Shown: positions 39,184-58,140 of the stretch, in pieces
How the letters are laid out: every line of letters starts with the position of its first letter
How positions within the stretch are numbered: the stretch's first letter is position 1
Assembly: GCF_009914755.1 (NCBI RefSeq)
Contig: NC_060930.1
Strand: one strand, 5' to 3'
Length of the DNA: 64,000 bases
Source: the human T2T-CHM13v2.0 reference genome, Homo sapiens
Translations under genes and position numbers: made by a program
The notes under the pieces: generated by a model
The model's input: only the letters and a program-made list of their open reading frames with translations
What the model was told of the DNA's origin: nothing
The model's database searches: none

Positions 39184-39380
39184 AATATATTTTATTTAGC
39201 TTAAAATATCAAAACAGTCATTTCAACATGTAATCAATATGAAAATTATTGAGATATTTTACATGTTTTTCCTATACTAAGTCTTTGCAATCTGATGTGT
39301 ACTTTACACTTCAATTCAAACTAGCCAAAATTTGAGAGCTTAATCGCAGGGTGTGGCTAATGGTTACACATTGGGCAGCA
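39184..39380 (+). mobile_element. MER33, right part
   Basis: 'aatatattttattta...catttcaacatgtaatcaatat...tactaagtcttt...gtgtggctaatggttacacattgggcagca' continues the left part colinearly. Confidence 0.8.
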
Positions 39381-39892
39381 ATTGTTTCCCATACAATTGA
39401 GAGAGATGTCCACATTTATTTCTACTGCAGCAATTGGTACCATAATGAGGAAAGGCCAGCTGTTGAAATCTCTGTAAAGTTTTAATAGATTCAGTAAGTA
39501 AGATCTAACCAAGTGCTTGAGTTCTCTCCAAGCCTCTGCTCACTGCAGCTGCAGTTGCTAGATTAAGCTCAGCTTTGATACAATGTGACTGGGTTCATGC
39601 TGCTGCTCTTATTGCTGCCATCATTATACAACCTTGTCCAGGCTCACTGTGGCCAGACACAGGAAGAACTCTTTTTCCTTTCATGTCAAGTACAGCCAAG
39701 TGTGCTTAAGCCAAAACTGACTCGACATCTCAGTCCTACAGCTTTTGTCAGATTCACTCACATGTATACTTTCTGTTTTTCTTACTCTGGGTAACTCTAA
39801 CGATCAGAAAGCATCCTTCTAGGCCAAGTACCTATAAATGCTAATAATAATAATAAGTAACAAGTAGCTATAAATGCTAGAATAATATATAT

Positions 39893-40205
39893 ATAAATTT
39901 TTAAATTTATTTTTTTGAGACAGGGTCTCACTGTTGCCCAGGCTAGAATGCAGTGGTGTGGTTATAGACCACTGCAGCCTCAAATTCCTGTAGTCCAACA
40001 ATCCTCCCTCCCACCTCAGTCTCCTGAGTAGCAGGGACCACAGGTGCACAGCACCATGTCTGGCTAATTTTTTAATTTTTTGTAGAGATGGGGTCTCTCT
40101 ATGTTGCCCAGGATGTTTTTGAGCTCCTGGACTCAAGCAATCCTTCTGCCTTGGCCTCTCAAAGTGTTGGGAATACAGGTGTGAGCCACCCCACCACAGC
40201 CAGCT
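39893..40205 (-). mobile_element. AluJ
   Basis: Antisense dimer. Confidence 0.9.
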
Positions 40206-40210
40206 GAATA

Positions 40211-40527
<317 letters not shown>

Positions 40528-41420
40528 TAAATAAGGTTTTAACAGACAGGACAAATAAAATTGTGGAGAATTAATAAACCAAGCTTTAGTGTCATGAGAA
40601 TAGCATAAGTTTTCTTAAATTTTCTTATGTAGTAAATCACAAAGATTATACTGTGGATTCTGATAATTTCCAGCTCATCTTTACTAGAGAGTGATTGATA
40701 GTAGATCTAACCTAAGATGATTTTGTTGATTTTTCAAATTGTGTTGCCTGGACCTAATGCATCTGCAGAGCCTGCTGCTGGGGGCCCTGGGGCAGAGGAG
40801 AGAGGCAGGTGTGGATAAAGGGTAGCAGGCAGCAGGGCATTGGCTTCTCATTCTCTTCTTCCCAAACCTCCACCATTGTCTTCCATTGTTTTTCTTTCAA
40901 TGCTTCTGGGCAAGATCCGGTATGGATAAATGGTTTCTGTGCCCAATTTTTAAAAGCCCACCTACCTAAGGGAATTGTCTCTGTTTTGATTCAGTCTGCA
41001 TATTTTTTGTGCTCCCCATATTACATTTTTATCCTGCCATCTGTGCTGAGATGTCCACTTTTTCCTTAGAGGCTTTACTACTAAGTACTGTCTTTGCTTG
41101 TGCAACTGTTCAAAGAAAAATCTTTCAGTACCACATCTTTTAAGCTCATTTTTATTGTGGTTTTTTTTTTTTTTTTTTTTGGCTTTCTGTTTATTTAAGT
41201 AATATTCTTACTGTGGGGGAAGAAACTAAATAGAAAAAAGGACATAAAAGTCATCCATAATCACATCACACAGAGATAAAAATGTTAACATTTTGAAAAT
41301 TTCCTCCTGAATTTTAGTTCATGTGTATTTTAAACTAAATTTGAATCATCTTTTATGTGTTTTTCATTATTGTGATCTTGTGTCTATTTCATTAAAGCAT
41401 AATCATTATTAACTTTAAAA

Positions 41421-45658
<4,238 letters not shown>

Positions 45659-45679
45659 TTTTGTTTCATTTTCTGGGAT

Positions 45680-45701
45680 CTCTCTCTCTCTCTCTCTCTA
45701 C

Positions 45702-45750
<49 letters not shown>
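45680..45750. repeat. Compound (CT)n(TA)n(TG)n microsatellite
   Basis: Direct read. Confidence 0.95.
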
Positions 45751-45751
<1 letters not shown>

Positions 45752-46050
45752 TCTTGAAAGTTTTAAGGAACAGTGATCAGTTATTTAGTAGAGAGGAAGG
45801 TTTGTCTGACGTTCTTCTCATGGTTAGACTGGAGACATGACTTATTATTGGTGATGTTATCCTTCATACCTGGACAAGATAGTGTTGGATAGTTTTCTCC
45901 ACTATAAAATTTCTTCCCCTTCCTCTCCCTCCTTTTTTAAGTCTTCCTTCATATTCGATTCTTTGGGAGCAAATCATTAAGAACAGTCCATATTTAAAGA
46001 TTTAGGGTAGTAATCATTAAGTTTCACCTCCTGGAAGGGTGATGTCTTTC
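45752..46050 (-). mobile_element. Old L1 (L1MC-like) 3' fragment
   Basis: 'ggtttgtctgacgttcttctcatggttagac', 'gttttctccactataaa'. Confidence 0.5.
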
Positions 46051-47077
46051 ACATTTAATTGTATTTTGAGATTTCCTTCATTTGCACTTGACTTGTGAAT
46101 TTTTATCTGCCTTTTAAAAAATTTGTTAATCTGTATCTTTTTTTTGTATGCTACTTTTACAGTTGAATTCTATTTTACAAGCCAATGTATATCTCTTTGT
46201 CTTTTATCAGAGGAATTTCTCAAGATTTTATCTTTACTGATTGATTTCTAAGGGATGCTACTTGCTTCTAACATCATGTTAATCAGCAATGTAAGCTCTG
46301 GCATAGCTTACCAACCCTAAGAGTGGCAGGGAGTTGCTCTGTGTAATGGTGGAGTACTCAGCTGTCTTCTCCATGGTGGTTGAGTTCTCTGGATGGGATC
46401 AGCTTTCTTCACATGTCACTGAAGTGAAAGGGGACAATTGAAACCTATTTTGACAGGGTGAGTCATTTCTAAGCAAGCAATGTGACCTAAAAAGAAATCT
46501 CTTATTTTGTAATACCATAATCTTTCTGGTTCAAATTTTAATAGCTACCATTTGTGCGTTTGGCATTATCCTGGATGCTTTATGTGTAACATTTTATTTC
46601 ATCTTCCCAACATTCCTAAGGGTAAGCCTTGTTAAGATGACATATTCCTCCTAGGAAATGGCAGAAGTTTGAAAACAAGCCCATCTTACTTCTATACCTG
46701 TGCTCTTTTCTGCTGCACCAATCCCCTAGTAGACAGAAAAATCCCTGACAGCACATTTCTTCTGCTTCCTACCCTTTCCTGGAACTTTCCAAAATGTTAC
46801 TATTTATCTGATTCAGGCTCAGAGTCACATAGGCAATTTTACTGTCCTGCTTCCATTAAGTAGTGCAAAAATCAGTAAGTGGTGGTCTAATGCAGACACA
46901 CAACAAATAAAACAGTAAAAGTCATGATGTGAAATTGTAAGGAGAGAAGAAAGCCTACCTTAAATAAATTCAATTCAACAAACACTAAATTAGCCCCCTG
47001 CTATATGGAGATCCTTGGGAAGATAAAAGAGTGAATTAGGCACAGTATTTGTACATTAGGAACTCTCAGATTTTGAT

Positions 47078-47574
47078 TGAAGGAAACCAAAATATTTCTC
47101 TCCAAAATAGTGAGCACTGTTGAATTACAAACACTGAAAACACAGGGGAACACTCTGTCTCAGGCTCTGCTTGCCTGATAGCAGGCCATCAGTCCTTCCT
47201 TAAGACAGAACTTGCTTATCAGCCCAGAGAAGTCACCAGAGAAGTTTTCAGGAGGCACCAGAAAAAATTGCAGACACATTTTACTATCTTCCTACATTTT
47301 CCTACCTTTTGAAAGACTGAAACTGCTCTCTCCTTTGTCTTTCTACTATATCGGATTGATGGTTCTTTGTTGAAATACTATTTAAGCAAGTCCCCTAAGT
47401 CACTGCCTTGGGAGAGAAATGCTTTTGAACTGAGGCCTCTCCTGCATGATGGGTACAGCATGCATTAATAAACTTCCATTTGTCTCTTTTGTTAATCCAA
47501 TGTTTGTTTTCAGGAAACTCTCTCAACAGAGAACCTAAAAAGGAAAGAAAAGAAATTATGTTTTCTCCCCTACA
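47078..47574 (+). mobile_element. ERV1 solo LTR (MER31/MER67/MER34-like)
   Basis: TGAAGGAAACCAAAATATTTC ... AATAAA ... TTTTCTCCCCTACA; 4-bp TSD tgat/taat. Confidence 0.65.
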
Positions 47575-49217
47575 TAATAAATAAGCATGAGTTGCTTTTT
47601 ATAAGAATGGGAGTATCCAGAACATGAGACTGTATCACGACAATAAGGATCACAGTCAGAGGGCTTGTCTCCATTGACATTTAAGCACCATGCTCTGAGC
47701 CCTGAGTCAGTGCTCAGTTGGAAAGAATGACCTCAAGTGGCATGTTGTGTTTTAGCCAAGAAATTGCAAATTTTACAGGACTTAACAAGTTTAATGGACC
47801 GTTCAACTTCTCCCTAGTATACAAGGGAGAGAGTATAAAAAGTATACAAGACTTTTTTATTTCAACATTTTTATATTTACCTAGATTTGTATAAAGTAGA
47901 CACTTCCCAGACTTTGCAGAAAGTTACTAAACATTAGCTCGGCATAGCAAAATATTTCTAATATTATTGTCTTAATATTACCCACATAAATTGATTATAA
48001 ATTTTTTTCTCCCACTGTGAGTAGTGTCATTTTTTAAAAACCTAATGCATTTCAAGAAAACAGAACATATTTATGATAGATAGTTCAGTTGGTATTTGCA
48101 ATGTCCAAGTTGACTTGGAAAAATTGAAACTTACCATACTATTATTCCAAAATTTGATCTTAAGTGCCCAAAGTATGTTTAAATCTTAGCTTATAAAGTG
48201 CATCTGAAACTAAAATATTACAGATTTTTTAAGCTCAAGACTATATGTACAATCTTCTATCTGATTTGAAATATTTTATTTCAGATTTCAGTGGGGTTAT
48301 CTTCAAATCTGGTATTTGTTGAAATGGTGTTTGTTCAAAAGTTGGACATTCTGTTACACATTATCTAATTTGGTGGCATTAGTAAGTGGTACCAAGTTTC
48401 CTGTGTGCAGTCTGTGTCCCTCTGCAAAACTCGTAAAGGGAATCCTAAGCAGACATCAGTTTAAGATTTTTAAAATTTTAGTGTACTAAAGTTTAAAAAT
48501 ACATAAGTTCTATCAAAGAAGGAAAGTAGAAAAGCACTGTATTTGCTTCAGGGACGTGATATGAACTCTTGCCTTATGTTTTAACTACATTTCAAATTGC
48601 AAGAAGTCAAAAAAGATAAAACTTTATGAGCTTATAGTTATTTCTTGTGCAACACTTGCTAGTAAAAATTCTTCTCTGCCTTCATTTATCTTTATTTTTA
48701 GTTTAAAAGCTAAAGCCAAGCCAGGAAGAGGAAGACAAGATGAGAAACCCCAAATCAAGGTAAACATTGCTTTAGCAAAGGATAGAATTGTGAAATAAAC
48801 CAGAAGGAATATTATCATGCCTGTCATCTTGGTATCTCCCCCATTGCAAAAAAAAAACTTGCTTTCTCTTGATATTCTTTCTGTAAAATAGATACTGTTA
48901 GAGAAAATATTTCTGCATTCTTATCTTGTAGAAAAATGTGTCATACGTAATGTATTTCTTTCTCTTATTTCCAGCTGATAGAAATATGAAAGATATTTAA
49001 GCCTTGCCCAGACGTTGAACAGATTTCTTAATTAATACTGTAGAGGCTAAAACAAAAACACTTTAAAAAGGGCTTAAATTTTATAATCACCTGCACATTT
49101 TGGGCTACATCTGAGTTTCAAACTCATATGAAGGTTTCCGAAGATTCTCTATTTCTTCTTATTTTCAGGTATATATACCTAAGTAGAAGGTATTTCAAGA
49201 GCTTTTTTAAAAAGATG

Positions 49218-49599
<382 letters not shown>

Positions 49600-51701
49600 T
49601 CATGAAAGTGGCTAAAAAGAAGAGTCAAAAGCATAGCATTTAAAATATTTTTATTCTATTCAATTCTGGAAAAAAAATGTTGATGGCCTGAAAGGCAAAG
49701 ATAATTACTACATGATACTAAATATAAAGCACTAAATTTCTTCAATTAAACTGAAATTTTTGATTATTTTAATGAGGGAATCAAATCAATGGATTAGTTA
49801 ACAAAAATAATTGATCTATTATAGGGACAAAAAAGCAGGAATTGAATAAACAACAGTTGCCATTGGAATACTTATAGTAGTAATAAACTTTTAATAAAAG
49901 TAATAAAGTTTTAATGTACAAATTATTAGGATTATAAAATATTCCACTATTTTGTATTAACTGAAGATGATAAAATATGGGAAAATCACTTTTAATTTAG
50001 TAAAATTGCTACTCAAAGTTAATTTTTTTTTTTTTTAAAAAAGTGTGCTTGCTAAGATAGTTTTCTCTTCAAGTTAACGGTATATAATAGACACAGTTTT
50101 GAAGTAACTCACACTAAATACTTACTTTACTATTGCCTCCTTCATTGCCTCTCAAGTAGACCTGGTCTAGCCCATTCATGGAAAAAAATAATAAATCAAC
50201 ATATCATAACTTGGTAAATATATGAAGCTGAATTCAATTCACCCATCTGATGAACCTGACAGTTAAATTTAAGGAAAATGTCTATCATGTTCCCATGAAT
50301 TCACAATGAATGACACTGCCCAGTTGTTACATATAAGCTAACTCATCACACGTCTCCACATGCAGACACTTGGCAGTTTTGGTGTGATCAAATAAGCAAC
50401 AAATTAGTTGTGTGTCAAAAAAGAAAGGAAAAGAAGAAGAAAAAGGAATTTTCTATATCAACATAAGTCCCATAGTAGCTTAACAAATTATAAAATACAA
50501 GAATTACAAAAGGCATAGTGGTGAACATAAACCAAAATACTGTAAAAGTTTCAAGAGTTGCTGAAGTTAGATTACTTTGGTTGGTTTCTGCCTTGTGTTC
50601 CCTGCCTTTTTTCTTCTCCGTCTTCCTGCCTGCCACTCTATCCCCTAGTAGCCACATACAGGCTGACCCAGAAGATCATGGTAGGTTAGGAAGTAGACCA
50701 GGAAGCTCAGCTCACCACGGAGTGGCACTTAAAATGAAGTCATGTTACCAAGAAGACATGATGTTTTGTATGCCTGGATTAAGCCCTATTAACTAGTGTG
50801 GGATTTTTAACATTCCCTTCTGTTCTAATTTTCCTGGATACCTGACTTATTTAAAATACCAAATCTGACTCAAACCATCTTTCTTTCCCTAGCACTGCAT
50901 CTCAATTGCTGTGCCCTATCCACTGCCTGATGCTCTGTTGTGATTGGACAGATTGCCCAGAAATCAGGACGAAGCATCTCACTATCACCCGAGAAATAAT
51001 AAGTCAAAGGATCTTTCACTGTTGTCCCTTATTTATTCATTCACCCATTTGTTCGTTCATTCATCCATGTATTAATTAATACATTTATATATTTATTCAG
51101 TTTCTCCAATCAAAATTTTTTAAGTAGAATCACCAATAATTAGTAACTGATTGGACATAGCTGGAAATAAATGGAGAAGCCTTTACCAATTCTAGTTTTG
51201 ATAAAATCCAGACTTTACCAAACAGGGAGTCAGATTACATCCCTCGATTTTGCACCCCTCTCCTTCCTGACTCCATGATACACCCTAGTAAAGGAATCTC
51301 TCTGTCTATAGCCTATTATTCTCTCTGCTCTCCATGCACTTCTTTTACAGCCTGTCTTTTATGCTGCTTAGGGAGGCTGCTTCCATTCTCATTTCACTTA
51401 ACAATTCAGAGTGATAATTTCATATTAGAAGTCAAACCTATGTAAATTGCACAACCTTCTTTTTACTATTTAGTATAAATGGCAATTAAATTCCAAATTC
51501 CAAAAGCTTTCCTTAAAAGGAATAGTAACTGGATAAGCTAAATATCTTTAGGTATTTATAAAGCATAGTAAAATATTTAATCACCAAATGGAATTTGGTG
51601 TATATTTCTTATTTTCAGAAAATCTTTCTTTCTGTGGCTATTCTGTGATTTTATCATGTTACCCTTATAACAGAAAGGAAAAGCTTAATTTGGAGAATAA
51701 T

Positions 51702-53949
51702 TGTATTAGTCCGTTCTCATGCTGCAAATAAGGACATACCCAAGACTGGGTAATATATAAAGGAAAGAGGTTTAATGGACTCACAGTCCAGCATGGCTGG
51801 GGAAGCCTCACAATCATGGCGGAAGACAAAGGAAGAACAAAGGGATGTCTTACATGGCAGCAGGCAAGAAGGTATGTGCAGGGGAATTCTCCATTATGAA
51901 ACCATCAGATCTCATGAGACTTATTTGCTATCATGAGAACAGCATGGGGAAAACCCAACCCTGTGATTCAACTACCTCACACTGGGTCCCTCCCATGACA
52001 CGTGGGGATTATGACAATTCAAGGTGAGATTTGGGTGAGGACACAACCAAACCATACATTTCTGCCCTTGGCCCGTCCCAAATCTCATGTCCTCACATTT
52101 CAAAACCAATTATTCCTTCCAACAGGCCATAAAGCTTTAACTCCTTGCAACATTAACCCAAAAGTCCAAGACCAAAGTCTCATCTGAGACAAGGCAAGTC
52201 CCTTCTGCCTATGAACCTGTAAAATCAAAAGCAAGTTAGTTACTTCCTAGATACAATGGGGGTATAGACATTGGGTAAACACACCCATTCCAATAGGAAA
52301 AATTGGCCAAAACAGAGGGGCTACAGGCCCTATGCAAGTCCAAAATCCAGCAGGACAGTCAAATCTTAAAGCTCAAAAATGATCTCCTTTGACTCCATGT
52401 CTCACATCCAGGTCACACTGATGCAAGAGGTGGGTTCCCATGGTCTTGGGCAGCTCCAAACCTGTGGCTTTGCAGGGTACAGCACTCCTCCTGACTGCTT
52501 TCATGGGCTGGCATTTAGTGTCTGAGGCTTTTCCAGGTGCACAGTGCAAGCTGTCAGTAGATCTACCATTCTGGGGTTTAGAGAATGGTGGCCCTTTTCT
52601 CACAGCTCCACTAGGCAGTGCTCCAGTGGGGACTCTGTGTAGGGGCTAGCACCCCACATTTCCCTTCCACACTGCCCTAGTAGAGGTTCTCCATGAGGGC
52701 TCTGCCCCTGCAGCACACCTCTGCCTGGACATCAAGGCGTTTCTATACATCCTCTGAAATCTAAGTGGAGGTTCCCAAACTTCAATTCTTGACTTCTATG
52801 CACCCGCAGCCTCAACACCACGTGGAAGCTGCCAAGGCTTGGGATTTACACCCTCTGAAGCCACAGCCTGAGCTGTATCTTGGCCCCTTTTATCAATGGC
52901 TGAAGCAGCCAGGACACAGGGTGCCACGTTCCTAGGCTGCACACAGCAGGGGCCACTGGGCCTGGCCCATGAAACCATTTTTTCCTCCTAGGTCTCTGGG
53001 CCTGAGATAGGAGGGGCTTCCTTGAAGGTCTGTGACATGCCCTGGAGACATTTTCCCCATTGTCTTGGATTAACATTGGGCTTCTCATTACTTATGTAAA
53101 TTTCTGCAGCAGGCTTGAATTTCTCCCCAGAAAATGGGTTTTTCTTTTCTATTGCATCATCAGGCTGCAAATTTTTCAGACTTTTATGCTGTGCTACCTC
53201 TTGAACACTTTGCCACTTAGACACTTCTTCCATCAGATACTCTAAACCATCTTTCTCAAGCTCAAATTTCCACAAATCTCTAGGGCAGGGGCAAAATGCC
53301 ACCAGTCTCTTTGCTATAGCATAACAAGAGTAACCTTTGCTGCAGTTATCAACAAGTTCCTCATCTCCACCTCAGACTACCTCAACCTAGACTTCATTGT
53401 CCGTATCCCGAGCAACATTTTGGTTAAAATCATTCATCCAGTCTCTAGGATGTCCCAAAGTTTCCCACATTCTCCTGTCTTCTTCTGAGCCCTCCAAACT
53501 GTTCCATCTTCTGCCTGTTACCCAGTTCCAAAGTCACTTCCACATTTTCAGGTATTTGTACAGCAGCACACTACTCTACTGGTACCAATTTACTGTATTA
53601 GTCTGTTCTCATGCTGCTAATAAAGACATACCTAGGCTGGGTAATTTATGAAGGAAAGAGGTTTAGTGGACTCAGTTCCACATGGCTGGGGAGGCCTCAC
53701 AATCATGGCAGAAGATAAGGAGGAGCAAAGTGACATCTTACATGGCGGCAGGCAAGAGGACATGTTCAGGGGAACTACACTTTATAAAACCATCAGATCT
53801 CATGAGACTTATTCACTATCATGAGAACAGCATGGGAAAAACTCACCCCCATGACTCAATTTCCTCCCACTAGGTCCCTCCCATGACACGTGTGGATGAT
53901 TACGATTCAAAGTGATATTTGGCTGGGGACACAGAGCCAAACCATATCA
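51702..53949 (-). mobile_element. Full-length THE1 (THE1B/C-like) MaLR provirus: LTR 51702-52058, internal 52059-53593, LTR 53594-53949
   Basis: Two homologous LTRs in direct orientation, THE1-int between them, perfect 5-bp TSD ATAAT (51697-51701 and 53950-53954). Confidence 0.95.
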
Positions 53950-55150
53950 ATAATGAAAAAAATGTAATGAAGAAATTATGCTTTTCAAAAATATGGCTAC
54001 TTTTTAAAAGTTATCTTCAGTACACATCTTTTATTTCTATAAAGTATTTAAAACAAATACTTTGTATGTAAAACAGCTTTCCATGGAAAGTATGTGATTG
54101 ATTGCCAGACAAGTGATAAAGACTAGCTTTGACATGGTCTTTTTCTTTTTTCAAACACGAGAGAACCCCATGTTTGAACGCACTAGTTCAAAGTCCACCT
54201 TGTCAGCTAACAATTGGTGATTAGAGGAGACTTAATCCCAGTGTAACTCCCAGAGGTATGCTGACAAAAAAACACTGGTGATTCTGCACTTCCTTCACAT
54301 AAAAATCTATTCTAAAGAGGTTATTATAAAAGTCTTTTTTCATCCCCTGTATCTTTGAAGAAGTTAGGAATGATAACTATTACCTTTTTGATTATGAATT
54401 TACAAATAAATACTAAGTGGAAAGTGTTCATTTTCCTGGCTTAATTATGTCCAGACAAGGCATAATGTTTTTACACTGGTCTGCACAAAGCCTAGGTCTT
54501 TTTTCTAAGATGTTGGAAAATCAAGTGAAAAACCATTTTAATATCCCTGTTCTAATTTTCTCTAACTGTTCTTTCTTTCTGAAAACATTGAAAGCTAATA
54601 AGACATAAAGAGTTGACCTTAGTTTCAGAAAAAGTAAATTCGCATGCAATTTATTAGGCATCTACAATCTGTTTTAATGATACCAACATTGGCCAATGCC
54701 ACCTCTTAACAATGAAATTATCCAAAATTTCTGTGTTCTCTATGTCAAAAAGATAAACATCTGTTTATGGCAAACATACAGTTTCCCTACAAACATATAA
54801 CTATGGAAATAAAGTCATTGGAAGGAAAAATGATCATGCTCAGTATACTGGAGCATGACAGCCTGGTTATCCTGGCTCCACTGTTGGATGTCTAGGATGG
54901 CTAATTTTATTCAGAACCTGATGCCCTCTTTTGAGGGAAGAACATCTCAGATAGACCCTTGCAGCCAGTGTCTTTCACTGTAAGTCTCAGGATAATCATC
55001 ACCTCAATTTCAGTTTCACTGATCTCTGGCCTCCAGCACTTTCTTTCTGCTGTCAGTTTCCTTGGCATTCCACAAGTGGAACCAGAATTCAGATTTGTTT
55101 TATTTAGATCAAAGATCAGCAAACTTTTTTTGTGAGAGTCCAGATAATGG

Positions 55151-55452
55151 GGCCAGGAGCAGTGGCTCACGCCTGTAATCCCAGCACTTTGGGAGGCCAA
55201 GGTGGGCGCAGTAGGTCAGGAGATTGAGACCATCCTGGCTAAAATGGTGAAACTCCATCTCTACTAAAAATATAAAAAATTAGCCGGGCGTGGTGGTGGG
55301 TACCTGTAGTCCCAGCTACTTGGAGGCTGAGGCAGGAGAATGGTGTGAACCCAGGAGCCAGAGCTTGCAGTGAGCAGAGATCATGCCACTGCACTCCAGC
55401 CTGGGCAACAGAGCAAGACTCTGTCTCAAAAAAAAAAAAAAAAAAAAAAAAA
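55151..55452 (+). mobile_element. AluY/AluSc-like, inserted in the hAT element
   Basis: 13-bp TSD agtccagataatg (55137-55149 and 55453-55465). Confidence 0.93.
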
Positions 55453-57556
55453 AGTCCAGATAATGAATTTTTTAAGCTTTGCAGGCAAAGAGGCAAAATC
55501 ATGGAAATTACATAGATGTTACATAATCAGAGAGAAAACAAATTTCCACATATTTTTAATTGATGAAATTTAAATATAATAACAATTATAATTGAGTACT
55601 ACAGCATTCAAGTTATTTTGAGTACTGCAAAATAATATGTATATATATTTTTTTACTTTTTTACTTTGTACCGAAATGAATTGAAATAATTTTAATACAA
55701 GTCTAATAATGAGAAGAATGGAGTTCCCCCTTTTGGGGGTTGCAGGTAACATTTGCTTAACTGAAATTCCTAGTGTTTTCTCTTATCAAAATCAGTTACA
55801 AGTATCATCTGTTAATGCTATCCATAATGAAATTTTATAGATTTTGTCTTCCAAAACATCTTTTAGCACAGATGGCACTGCCAAATACTGTTATCAATCC
55901 ACCAGCATATGATTTTAATCATAATTAAAACTTGAAATATATTAACACACTCCTATTAGAGTCTTTTGATATTTGGCTTTTAGCGTGTCACTACATTTTG
56001 GATGAATAAGTTCTAATTGAAGGTTAGGTGACTAATTGAAGGTCAGGTGAAAGCTTCTCAATGTCTTAGTGAAATATATTTTGAAATATGAAATTTCCTT
56101 TTCATTTGCATCAAGGTCTAAAGAGTTCTGCTGAAACTGCAGTTTGAGTTCAAAGAACATATGCACTAAATATTCATATGAGGATGAAAATCTTGACTGT
56201 TGCTTTAACTTTTGCCAACATGTGGTTCAAAATTGTCATTTGAGAAAATATTACTTGCCAAAATGACTTTATTGCAGTATCGTTCACATATAAACTCTAA
56301 ATTCCCTTGTAATTTTAGATTGAATTAATTAAGTAATCAAGTCTGCAGTAACAGCAAATTTCCAAAGCTGTTTAGTATTAAATAATACTGATTCAGGGCA
56401 ATTATTCTTGTTCAAGACAATGTCAAAAGCTTAGTAAATTTGTCCAAATAAGCCATTTTCTGCTCTACACTTTTGTTTCCATCATTAGTTATAACACATC
56501 TTAGCAGATACCACTTCAGATTTTACTGAATTGTTGCTTTCTCAATTTTTTTGGAAAATATTCTCTCCTGTAATTATCCCACATGAACTGTTCATACACA
56601 CTAATTCTTCAGTCATCTCAAACTTGGCATTAATTCCTCAAGTGAAAAACAACTCAGTAGTTTTGGTAACCCCTGTTAACTTACCAAGAGCCAAAACTAA
56701 CCACTAAACACAATTTCCTTTGTTTTTTAATTGACTATTGACATTGCTCCCAATGTCCTCAACTCTTTGAACTGTTATTCTCATTAAAAGGCTAATAATC
56801 TTCAGTAGAGTTTTCTCTAGGCAGATATTAACTATAGCTGCAATCAAATGTGATTTAATTAATTCACAATTTGTAAATGAATTTCCTTGACTAACAAATG
56901 AGCAATGTGCACATAAACTTTGGTCACAGTCTGATTTTCATTTTTTATTTTTGTGAAGAAATTCTGCTGTGACAAAATAGTCCATGTTAAATTTTTTTGT
57001 TATTGCCTTTTTTGTGATTTGGAAGAATACTGTAGTGCATGCATGGTTTTTGGTGACACTGATGTATATTGCATTTTATCACAGCTGTAGTGTCATTGCA
57101 TAATAAATACAACCCTTCACAATTGAATTCAATAATAAAATAACCTACATTCCATTGTGCCTCAAAGGTACAACTTTCAAACCCCCATTTTCTCTTCTTT
57201 TCTTCTTTTGACATAATAAATACCCATTGACAATTTATAAAAATTATGTTGTGGTGGAGCAATATGCATGACATATTGAAATACTGTTGAGTTACAATTG
57301 CATCACTGTGATCTGTAGTACATTGAGCAGGAGTGTGAAGTCATGAGAGTGTCACATATGGTTTCTATTGTCATTACTTAACTTTGCCAGTATAGCACAA
57401 AAGCAATGGTATATAGTACATGAACAAATGAGTGTGGCTGTGTTCCAATATTATTTTATCTGTAGATAATGAAATTTGAATTTCATATCATTTTCAAGTG
57501 TCACCAGATATTATCTTTTTGAGTTACTTTCAACCACTTAAAAATGTTAAAAAACC

Positions 57557-57850
<294 letters not shown>

Positions 57851-57987
57851 TTAAAAACCATTCTTAGCTCATGGATGTACAGATGTACAGAAAGAGGCAA
57901 AGGGCTGGGTTTAATCCATGGTTCAGAGTTTGCAATCCTATTTAGACCAAAAATTTCACATGGCTGCCATTTCTATTTTCATTCATT

Positions 57988-58140
57988 AGAAGAAGAAAGA
58001 GGAGAAAGAAGAGGAGAAGGGAAAAGAGGAGGAGGAAAAACAGGATAATTTTTAAATGTCTGAGCTACTTAATCTTCCTCCTGTCCATGTTGTGGAGAGA
58101 AGGAGAGATAGAAGAGGAGAGGAAGGAGTAGGGGGAAGAT
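57988..58140. repeat. GA-rich low-complexity purine tracts
   Basis: Direct read. Confidence 0.7.

Noticed and set aside
52373-53873. Multiple ORFs in THE1 internal region
   Set aside because: Fragments of the degenerate MaLR internal sequence
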